Virus record (IMG/VR): IMGVR_UViG_3300025778_000070
Coordinates: 1-26,445 of that record
Source: a virus
Lineage: Duplodnaviria; Caudoviricetes
DNA: 26,445 bases
Strand: one strand, 5' to 3'
Below, piece after piece: positions 13,245 to 21,552 of this stretch. The first letter of the stretch is position 1; each line of letters begins with the position of its first letter. Position numbers and translations under genes: made by a program. The notes beneath the pieces are model-generated. The model made no database searches. It worked only from the letters and a program-made list of their open reading frames with translations, and had not been told where the DNA came from.

Positions 13245-15253
13245 TGTGAATCCTTAATTGACAAACCTGTATAGGGATTTATTGATTTTTCAGCAGTTGC
13301 ACCACTTCTAGCTTGTTTTACCTTTTCTTTAGCAAATTGTACAAATGGAATTGATGCTCCACCAGTTTTTGATGCTAAAAAACTTTCGCCTATGTTCTGT
13401 GCCGCTTGCCCCAAATACCCAGACAATGTATTTGAATGATTAAATACACCTGTTTTTGGTTGTGAAACTTTTGCACCAAGTCCATTAATTTCAGCCAAAT
13501 CTTGTGCTCCTTCTGCACCATGAATATCATAAAGTTTTTCTTTTTGTTTATCTAAAAACTTATTTAATGATGCTGGTGTAAAGTTTTTACTTTCACCAAC
13601 AAAACCAGCTTTTTCTTTTGCTGAAATTATGTGCCCAGCTTTAATGGCTTCATGTGCCAAACTATCTTTACCCACTTCATCAATCATTCGTCTGACTGCT
13701 TCAGGAGTTGCATTAGTTACATATTTGTCATGGAACTTAGAAGCATTCAGACTTTCTAAGCCTTTTTCAGCTTCTTCTGGTGAGACTGCCTCACGCACTG
13801 CCGCTTTATAGGCTGGATTATTCTTAATCACATTCATACGTTCAGCATACAAAGCTCTTGCTTGATCTGCTAAAGGCTTAATAGATTGCAAATTATCTGG
13901 CAATGGCAATGTCTCAAGTTGTTGACGAATGATGTGTGCCGCAGCCCTACCAGTCCCTTTTGGGTTATCCCTCATTTCACTTGCTAAATTACTTCTTAAA
14001 TTTTCGTAATCTTCAAAAGTCATGCTTCCATTTTTAACCAAATCGTCAATGTCACGTTTAATGCTTGGTAAATGTTCTTCATAAGCATTCTTTTTTAAGG
14101 CACGTTTTAATTCTGATTCAATATTTGTTTTTAATTGTGTAACATCAATAGGAAATTGACCAGCATTAGCATCTTCTAGCTTTTTATAGGCTTGTTTAAT
14201 TGCTTGTAATCTTTGGTTATCCTTTTCAACTAAACCATTTATTTCAGCTTGTCCTATTCCACTTGGTGAACGATCAGTAACATTTTCAGCATGTTTGTCT
14301 AATAAATTATCAAATGCTTCAGAAAATTGTTTGGGTTGATTTTCAAAATGTTGTCCTAAAGTATCTTGATGTTTACTTCTATTGTTCCATTCTTCAGCAT
14401 ATCTTGAAGTATGATTTGTTCTTTGACCAGCAGTCAAATCTATACCATGTTTTTCTTCTAACTTTCTAGTTTCTAAAGCAGGTAAATTAACTTCTTCTAG
14501 TGGAATATTACTAGCAACTGCTTTTAGTTCTGGACTAGCATCAGCAAGTGCTGATTGTAGTTGTGTAGCACGTTCAGTAACTGCTGAACCACCACTTTGC
14601 AAACCACTCATAGGTTGTTGTTCAATTCTTACTGTGCCAACTTTATTCTTTATTGCATTAGCTGTTGATTTTGGTAAATTTCCAAATTGTGACCAAAGTT
14701 GCTGTGTAGCTCGACCTGCTAATGGTGTCATACCCATAAGTTCAGGAACACCTGCTTGAGGTATTTTTAAAGGTTCAACTTTACCTTGTAGCCATTCCAA
14801 ATAGTCTTGCCCTTCCTTAGTGCTAGGTTGTAGCCAATCTGCACTTTTGAGAAATTCTGATGCAATACGCTCCCCAATAGGGCCGGGGGCCTTACCTGTC
14901 GAAATTGCTTCTGGCAAACTTTGTGCAACTCCCTTAACAGTTGCTACTAAAGGCAAAACAGCACCTGACACTAATGACAATCCAGCTTCACCAGCACCTA
15001 TAGCCTTTTTACTAAATGAATCTAAAAATTGCTCATATTGACTGCGATTTTGTGTCGATTTAGTAGGAGCTGATGGTTTATAGTTTTTGATCGTACTAAT
15101 GTCAGGATCATTTTCATAATCATGGTATTCAAGATTTGGATTTTTACCTGACATTGTGCTTTTTTTAGGCGAAATTAAGCTAGTATCCATTCCTGATGGA
15201 GTGTAACTTTTTAAAACAGCTAGGTCTGGGTCTGATTCATAATCGTAAGCCAT
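13241..15253 (-). CDS. Large DNA-ejection (internal virion) protein, P22 gp16-like position
   Basis: 670 aa, helical, Ala/Gln/Lys-rich; third gene of the ejection trio by synteny. Confidence 0.6.
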   Translation of the reverse strand: MAYDYESDPDLAVLKSYTPSGMDTSLISPKKSTMSGKNPNLEYHDYENDPDISTIKNYKPSAPTKSTQNRSQYEQFLDSFSKKAIGAGEAGLSLVSGAVLPLVATVKGVAQSLPEAISTGKAPGPIGERIASEFLKSADWLQPSTKEGQDYLEWLQGKVEPLKIPQAGVPELMGMTPLAGRATQQLWSQFGNLPKSTANAIKNKVGTVRIEQQPMSGLQSGGSAVTERATQLQSALADASPELKAVASNIPLEEVNLPALETRKLEEKHGIDLTAGQRTNHTSRYAEEWNNRSKHQDTLGQHFENQPKQFSEAFDNLLDKHAENVTDRSPSGIGQAEINGLVEKDNQRLQAIKQAYKKLEDANAGQFPIDVTQLKTNIESELKRALKKNAYEEHLPSIKRDIDDLVKNGSMTFEDYENLRSNLASEMRDNPKGTGRAAAHIIRQQLETLPLPDNLQSIKPLADQARALYAERMNVIKNNPAYKAAVREAVSPEEAEKGLESLNASKFHDKYVTNATPEAVRRMIDEVGKDSLAHEAIKAGHIISAKEKAGFVGESKNFTPASLNKFLDKQKEKLYDIHGAEGAQDLAEINGLGAKVSQPKTGVFNHSNTLSGYLGQAAQNIGESFLASKTGGASIPFVQFAKEKVKQARSGATAEKSINPYTGLSIKDSQ

Positions 15254-16845
15254 TAAAAATCACCTTTTTCTAGTCGTTTCATGTTAAACATCTTTTCTTT
15301 CAATTTAGCATGATCGCTTGGACTTATTCCACTTAGTATTTCATTAACTTTTTCTTTTTTTGCTTTTGGTGTTAAATTGCTTGAATTAACATTTTGAATC
15401 ATAAATATTCTTGGATCGTAATTATTTTTCCAAGCCTCTTTAAATGCTAAAGTATTAGCATGACCATTAATATCACCTTTGTTTTTAATGTATTTATCAT
15501 AAGCAGTTGAATATTTTTCAAATGCTGTACTTGTAGCATCAGTTCTGTCAATAATTGACTGTAAAGCACCAGCAGTAATGTTTTCACTACCATTAGCTAA
15601 TTGATTCATTTGTTGACCATGTACATTGTCAACACCCATAATTGCACCTTGTTGAATAGAATTTTGTGCAAGGTTTTTAATCAACTTGTCTAATTGTTCA
15701 TTACCAGCAAGCCATTTACCAGCACCACGCAAAACTTGTTCTGGTTTACTTCCTGCTGTAGCTTCAATGTTTTGTCTAATTAAATTTGTTGTTTGTTTAG
15801 CATCTTGAGCTAATGTTGCTTTGTCAATAACTTGGGCATGATGACTTACACCAGCATCATAAGCAGATTGTTGTTGCTTATTAAGTTGTGTAATTCCACT
15901 AGTAGGAATAGTCATTAAATCATGTACAAGTGGTTCAAATCTAGATTTAGGTTGTGACATTTGTTGTGGCGTAATACCTTTGGGTAAAGGTCCTGCCATT
16001 CCTACTGTACCTTTAATATTTGCCAACATATCATCTTTTGTTGGAATTTTCTTTTCTTCTGGGTTAGCTTGTCCTACTGGCACAGGATTGCCATTAGCAT
16101 CAATTTGATATTTCACTCCATTCAATTCAAAAATACTACTTGGATTTGCACCTTGCAATGTTGTTGCAGTAGCAGATAATGGATTTACTTTAATCAATTG
16201 ACCTTGAGCATTGGTTGTAATATTTGGAGCTTGTTGTGTTAACAAACCTTGTGCTCCAGTTCCAATTCTTGTGAAGTTTTGATAAATGTTAGGTAATTGT
16301 TCTGGGTTATTGTCAATTTTTGCAGTGATATGACCAAAATGCTCTAATGATTCAGATGGATCAAGACCTGCTTTCACTGCTGTTTCAAAATCTTCTGCAT
16401 TTAATTGATGTAATCTTTTTTTGGCTGATTGGGCAATTTTTTCATCAGGTGATTTGGCTAACTTTGTTAATCCAAGTATTTCTGGATCAGATGCTCTTGC
16501 TGATGAAATATCAAGTAATCTGCTTAATTTTTCTCCTGATAACTTTAATTTAGCTGATCCAGCTTGTGATTGTGCTGTCTGTGATTCTGATAGAGCTTGT
16601 GCAATTTTTGGATCAACTGTGCCTTCAGCTAATTTAGTTGCCGCTGCTGATTGTCGTAATAATTGTGGTTTCTGTTGTTCAGCAAATTCAGTTTCAGCTT
16701 GTTGTTGCCTTAAAGCCAAAGGATTAACTTGTTGTGCTTGCTGATAGGCTTGAGCACTTCTAGCAAAGTTCATAATATCAGCTAGACTCATTCCTTGTGG
16801 AGCTTGAGTCTTAGATGCTACATCTGAAAAATTAAAGTCTGCCAT
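15253..16845 (-). CDS. DNA-ejection protein, P22 gp20-like position
   Basis: 530 aa, Gln/Ala-rich helical N-terminus; synteny. Confidence 0.6.
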   Translation of the reverse strand: MADFNFSDVASKTQAPQGMSLADIMNFARSAQAYQQAQQVNPLALRQQQAETEFAEQQKPQLLRQSAAATKLAEGTVDPKIAQALSESQTAQSQAGSAKLKLSGEKLSRLLDISSARASDPEILGLTKLAKSPDEKIAQSAKKRLHQLNAEDFETAVKAGLDPSESLEHFGHITAKIDNNPEQLPNIYQNFTRIGTGAQGLLTQQAPNITTNAQGQLIKVNPLSATATTLQGANPSSIFELNGVKYQIDANGNPVPVGQANPEEKKIPTKDDMLANIKGTVGMAGPLPKGITPQQMSQPKSRFEPLVHDLMTIPTSGITQLNKQQQSAYDAGVSHHAQVIDKATLAQDAKQTTNLIRQNIEATAGSKPEQVLRGAGKWLAGNEQLDKLIKNLAQNSIQQGAIMGVDNVHGQQMNQLANGSENITAGALQSIIDRTDATSTAFEKYSTAYDKYIKNKGDINGHANTLAFKEAWKNNYDPRIFMIQNVNSSNLTPKAKKEKVNEILSGISPSDHAKLKEKMFNMKRLEKGDF

Positions 16846-16853
16846 GTTAGTCC

Positions 16854-17678
16854 TTATTGATTAGAGCTAGGGACAACACCACCAGTGTTGAAATAACTTG
16901 CAATACCATTAGGTTGATTCAAGTTATAAGATGATCCTTGATTTACACCATTAGGGTTTCCAGAAGCTAATAAGGCTGAAAGTGTTAAGTTGTTGCCTAT
17001 GCCAGAGGCAGTGTTTCCATACGCATTAGCCGCGCCTACTTGTCCTGCGGCCTGTGCGTTGGCTGACCCCACCCCAAGTTGTGCAATATTCGTTGCATTT
17101 CCTGTAGAAAGATTGGATAGCCCTGTAACAGCATTCTGACCAATACCAGCAATACCTGCTAACTTGTTATAGATGTTAGTTTGCTGAGTCTGACCTTGGT
17201 TAAAGGCTTGGTTTTGCTGACCCATGTAATTAGTCAAGGCATTTTGATATGCTCCTTGAGCAGTGTTTTGTGTATAGTCTTGTAAACCTTTAAGAGCATT
17301 ACCACCAATAAGTCCACCAGTTGCATTGTTTGCTAGATTAGTAGCAGTTTGGCCTTGTTGCAATTGGAACTGGTAATTAGGTGCTAGATTAGCATTCAGG
17401 TCTTGAGCTGTAAAAGGCTGATAAGTTGACGTTGGTGTTGTCAAATAAGGCATTTGCTGATTTAAACCAGCTAAACCTTGTGCTCCAGTTTGCTGGTAAG
17501 GAGCATAATTAGGAGCAAGGTTTTGATAATTAGCTTGAAGTTGTTGTTGAGCATTTTGGGATGCGTTGGCTTGTGTCTGTGCCGCACTCTTGCTCGCATT
17601 CGCACTATTAATCCCACCCAACAAGTTAATACCTGCTGAAGCTAATAGTGCATCTCCTGTAGTAAAACCCATGATCAA
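16854..17678 (-). CDS. DNA transfer/pilot protein, P22 gp7-like
   Basis: Gly/Ala/Gln/Asn-rich: ASKSAAQTQA..., PY.QTG, PNYQFQLQQG, GGL.GGNALK.L..Y.Q..A. Start 17678 or 17672. Confidence 0.75.
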   Translation of the reverse strand: MIMGFTTGDALLASAGINLLGGINSANASKSAAQTQANASQNAQQQLQANYQNLAPNYAPYQQTGAQGLAGLNQQMPYLTTPTSTYQPFTAQDLNANLAPNYQFQLQQGQTATNLANNATGGLIGGNALKGLQDYTQNTAQGAYQNALTNYMGQQNQAFNQGQTQQTNIYNKLAGIAGIGQNAVTGLSNLSTGNATNIAQLGVGSANAQAAGQVGAANAYGNTASGIGNNLTLSALLASGNPNGVNQGSSYNLNQPNGIASYFNTGGVVPSSNQ

Positions 17679-17702
17679 CTCCTTTGGCTTAATTATCGCC
17701 TT

Positions 17703-18146
17703 TTACAACAATTTGGTGAATACTTTATCAATACATTTAAAGCCCATAAATTCAAACAACTTTGAATTATCCAAATGAACCTTTGTGTTGTAAACAATCC
17801 TATTCACACCCATTTCTTTTAACAGTTTTTCAGCAAACTGAAACATTCTTAAACCATTTCTGCCTTTTCGATATTCTTTTTTTAAAAAATAAATATCTTC
17901 TGAAGCAGTCAAACAAGTTTTGTAATGCAAATGTGGAGAAATAAAGAAAATCACATAACCAATAAGCTCATCATCTTGTTTACAAGTTATGAACTTCATT
18001 CTTCCACCTTGCCACAAATGCAAGTAAACATCCCAATCTGGGTCTAATGGAAACTCTTTAGTTACTGACAATTCCTCATAATGCTCAACAATGACCTTTT
18101 TTAGGTCTTCCAAATTTTCTAACCAATCATCATCTTTTAGAATCAT
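17703..18146 (-). CDS. GNAT-fold acetyltransferase in the virion module (P22 gp14 position)
   Basis: LIGY..F...PHLHY, DIYFLKKEYRKGRNG motif A, AEKLLKEMGV, LFEFMGF. Confidence 0.8.
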   Translation of the reverse strand: MILKDDDWLENLEDLKKVIVEHYEELSVTKEFPLDPDWDVYLHLWQGGRMKFITCKQDDELIGYVIFFISPHLHYKTCLTASEDIYFLKKEYRKGRNGLRMFQFAEKLLKEMGVNRIVYNTKVHLDNSKLFEFMGFKCIDKVFTKLL

Positions 18147-18364
18147 AGATTGTAAAAAGGCACTTTGTACTGTTTACCATTTACAGTCACTTGCATGTAC
18201 CCTGCTGGTGTTGAAGGTAGAGCTGGTGTTGTAGTGGTTGCTGAGAAATTTAGCATGTTCAAGAAAAATTGTTGCCAAGGCCTTGTAGGTCTTTTGGAAC
18301 TTGCATCCAAAAACTCAGCTTGTGGGTAAGGATTAGTCTGTGGTGAGCCATAGGTATTAGCCAT
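18143..18364 (-). CDS. Very short tail plug/needle-like protein (gp26 position)
   Basis: 73 aa directly after the gp10-like gene; P...FLD...RPTRPWQQFF N-part and LP..P.GY..V.VNG..YKVPFY tip. Confidence 0.55.
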   Translation of the reverse strand: MANTYGSPQTNPYPQAEFLDASSKRPTRPWQQFFLNMLNFSATTTTPALPSTPAGYMQVTVNGKQYKVPFYNL

Positions 18365-21300
18365 TAGTTCTCTCCTTGACTAGCCTTGAGGTTAGCAGAA
18401 ATGATCGTAGCATTCACTGGATCAGTTACCACTACCTCAAAAATCTTGTCCCTAGACCATCCTAAACGCCTCCAGATGGCACGATTCTTGTACTTGCCAA
18501 TTTTACCAATGGATACCCAGTGCTCCTTAGACCATGTTGATCCACCATCATTGGACCATCTGAGCATGGCTTTAGGATCAACACCTTGTGAACCTTCAAA
18601 GGCAGGACTAGGAATATTGTAGGCAGGAAACTGTAAAGTCAAAGCATTCAGCAAGGCAGTAGCTGTTTGAGCACTTGTAACTTGATGGTTTGCTGTGTAC
18701 TGTGTTGGATAGCCTCCAGAGCCATTTACAGGTGTTCCTACAGTGACTTGAGTTGTGGTAACCCTGTTAGTCAAAGCAGTAGTTAAATTGACTGCAAAAG
18801 GCTGTATTGACGTTGGAGGTGCAAGTGTGTCGTTAGTGTTGTACCAAATGTAGAAGTGGCACTTGTTAGTGTAAAAGCTAGGAATGGTTTCCCATGTAGC
18901 TAACTGATAGTAAGGACTTGCTGTCAGTGGTGTTGTGTTTGCTGTGTAGGTGTTGATCAATCCTACACCAAATGATCCAATAGGATTCGTAGCATCACCA
19001 GCACCAATGGTTACTAAGTTCATTGGACCATACAAATTCATACATGCTTTAGGCCATGTGCCATTTGTCGTAGCTTGTGCCATGACACCTTCAATTGCAA
19101 GGTAACCACCAGCACTGTTGCCAGCTACCATAAGGCCAAATTGTGCTACTTGTTGTTGTAGACTTGCCCACAAAGCATTTTGACTTGGTGCTCCTAAATA
19201 ACCAGCATTAGGATTTAACAAGAAATTGATAACTTGAGCAATGTCATTTACGTCATTAGGATAGTCACCAGATGGAGTTAGCCTGTAGTTTGTAGAAATA
19301 ACGACATAGTTAGCTAACACAATAGGATTGTAAATAGCAGTGTCACTAGCCTTGTCACCACCACTCCATCCACCACCATGTATCCAAAGGACAACTCCAT
19401 TAGGCATTTGACCATTCTTGTTGACAGCATCCCATGAGCTTGGGCTAATGATGTCTACTTTTTGAAGTGGGTCAGTCCCATAGGGTACGTCAGAAATTGT
19501 TGCACCTAAAGAAGGAGCACCTAAAGAAACTCCTGAAAAAGAAGTTGGAGTAGAGGATGGTATAGAGTAGCCTTGGCCTGTTTGAGAATTTCCACTGATT
19601 GCGTATCCTGAGATGGCAATGCCAGCTATGCCTGAAGTGGTATAACTTGCATTTGGGTTTGACAATCCCACTGCTGGCATAAACTGAATCTGCAATTCCT
19701 CAAAATATTGACGTTGCAAATCAGAAACCAAATGTGGTGCTCTCCTTAGTCTCCTAATCTCTTGACCATTGTCAGTGTAGTTATTAGGGTCTAACTCGTA
19801 CAAATTACCATTTTGGTAGTCACCAACATAAACTAAACCATTAAATACAGCACAACAGTTGCCACGATGTCTGTGGTAAACATTATTATTATCTACAGCA
19901 AGCCACTTGTGCCACATGCCTGTGGTGTTGTCCCATACCCATGTCAAGTCAATACTTGGAAAGGTAATTACATAGCACTCATGGCCTTCTAGTTGATAGG
20001 TCCAAGCAATAGCATCTGAGATGTTTTGGTTGACAAGGGTGTTTTCAACTGCGTGAGTGGAGATGCGAGTAGGCACATACCCATTCATCATTACAACTTG
20101 GCCTTGGCCTCGTTGGTTTCTAGAGAGGTATGCAAAGGAGTTGCCAACACGAGAGACTGAGAATTTGGCAATGATGCCATGCTGTGTGGAGGTGCCGGGG
20201 ATTCGCTGGAAAGGAAACGGAAAGCTCCCCACATCCACCCACACCTCACTCGATACCTCACCTAGTAAGTACACCTCACGATGGTCAACAATTAGTGATA
20301 CCAAGTTATCTGGAGCACCATCCTTGCTACTAAACTGCAAAGGAGCTGACAATGTGCTCAACAAATTACTCGATCCCCATTGCTGTGTATTTGGCCTGTT
20401 ATAGACAAATATATTGTCCACAATGTCCACCACATCAGCACCTGTAAACGCTCCATCTGTGCTTGGCAAAATCGAAAAAGCAGAAGCAGTCAGTGTTGAT
20501 AAGTTACCAAGTGGTGATATGTTAGCAAGGGCAGATGCTCCTGAACCTGATCCACCACTAAAATTCAAAGCAGGGTTTGATGTATAAAATGATCCACCAT
20601 TAGCAATTGAATAATCATTGTTAAGGCTGAACGTCAAGGTTATAGAAGCACCTTTGCCTGTTCCACCACTGAATGATGTAGCACCACTTGGAGCAACTGT
20701 GTAAGTTCCTACATTGTAAATAGAGACACCAGTAATCACACCACTAGAAACTGTTGTGACCTTGAGCTGACAAGCAGTTGTGTAAGTTCCACCAAAGCCA
20801 GTGATGATGTCACCAACTGTGTATCCTGTTCCACCAGATGTAATTGTTGTAGACACAACTCCTATTGAGTTCCAAGTCACTGATGCAACAGTACCACCAA
20901 AAGGAGGGTTAGCAATTGTGACTGAAGGGACTGTTGTATAACCTGTGCCAGCATTTAATAGATTAATTGCTACAACACTGCCATTGGTTACATAGTTGTT
21001 GATGGAGTAAAGACCTAAACCATTTCCACTTGTAGGGACTGAGGTAATGATCGTGTTTGGAGGTATGTTTGTGCCTGTGATGGTCTGACCAACTACCAAA
21101 GGTCCAGAAATAATGCCTGTGACATTGATCTGATAACCAGAGATATTACCAATGAAAGAAGTGGTAATGTAGGAGCTGATGTAAACACTGTACCTGTTAA
21201 CACCATCTGTGATCATCACATAAAGGCCATTGTCAGCAATGCCAACTCTGCCTGTTGTAGTGGTGAGGTTACCAAGGGTAAAAAGGTTGCCAAGAGTATC

Positions 21301-21552
21301 AAGAGCATAAACACCAGAGCCACAGACTGCAATCAAGTATTTACCACCAGAAAGGGTGCGTAGGCCTCGAACTTCAGCAGTTTGGGGAAGGGCAGTTAAC
21401 AGCGTGAGACCCGGCGTAGGGTAGAGTGCCACCACCCCCCTTTGACCTGCTTGCTTGAGTGGGTCTATTTCAGGGCGAAAGTTAATACACTCCTGATCAT
21501 CTTGGTAGATGGATGGAGAAGTATACGATGGGCCAACAAACCCAAAGTCCAT
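18364..21552 (-). CDS. P22 gp10-like packaged-DNA stabilization/tail hub protein with inserted beta-repeat domains and an alpha/beta-hydrolase domain
   Basis: Core motifs CINF.PE, LYPTPGL, DG.PD, E...LGE.S.EVW, P.RISTHAVE, Y..EGH..YV..FP, WH, LRWSNDGG.TW, G..G.Y..RAIWRRLG..R; hydrolase HGGGW, GNSAG, D908, H956. Confidence 0.9.
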   Translation of the reverse strand: MDFGFVGPSYTSPSIYQDDQECINFRPEIDPLKQAGQRGVVALYPTPGLTLLTALPQTAEVRGLRTLSGGKYLIAVCGSGVYALDTLGNLFTLGNLTTTTGRVGIADNGLYVMITDGVNRYSVYISSYITTSFIGNISGYQINVTGIISGPLVVGQTITGTNIPPNTIITSVPTSGNGLGLYSINNYVTNGSVVAINLLNAGTGYTTVPSVTIANPPFGGTVASVTWNSIGVVSTTITSGGTGYTVGDIITGFGGTYTTACQLKVTTVSSGVITGVSIYNVGTYTVAPSGATSFSGGTGKGASITLTFSLNNDYSIANGGSFYTSNPALNFSGGSGSGASALANISPLGNLSTLTASAFSILPSTDGAFTGADVVDIVDNIFVYNRPNTQQWGSSNLLSTLSAPLQFSSKDGAPDNLVSLIVDHREVYLLGEVSSEVWVDVGSFPFPFQRIPGTSTQHGIIAKFSVSRVGNSFAYLSRNQRGQGQVVMMNGYVPTRISTHAVENTLVNQNISDAIAWTYQLEGHECYVITFPSIDLTWVWDNTTGMWHKWLAVDNNNVYHRHRGNCCAVFNGLVYVGDYQNGNLYELDPNNYTDNGQEIRRLRRAPHLVSDLQRQYFEELQIQFMPAVGLSNPNASYTTSGIAGIAISGYAISGNSQTGQGYSIPSSTPTSFSGVSLGAPSLGATISDVPYGTDPLQKVDIISPSSWDAVNKNGQMPNGVVLWIHGGGWSGGDKASDTAIYNPIVLANYVVISTNYRLTPSGDYPNDVNDIAQVINFLLNPNAGYLGAPSQNALWASLQQQVAQFGLMVAGNSAGGYLAIEGVMAQATTNGTWPKACMNLYGPMNLVTIGAGDATNPIGSFGVGLINTYTANTTPLTASPYYQLATWETIPSFYTNKCHFYIWYNTNDTLAPPTSIQPFAVNLTTALTNRVTTTQVTVGTPVNGSGGYPTQYTANHQVTSAQTATALLNALTLQFPAYNIPSPAFEGSQGVDPKAMLRWSNDGGSTWSKEHWVSIGKIGKYKNRAIWRRLGWSRDKIFEVVVTDPVNATIISANLKASQGEN

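Noticed and set aside
18570-19680. Intein or intron as the explanation for the gp10 insertion
   Set aside because: No C/S...HN splice junction or homing-endonuclease motifs; the frame is continuous and the insert has hydrolase motifs.
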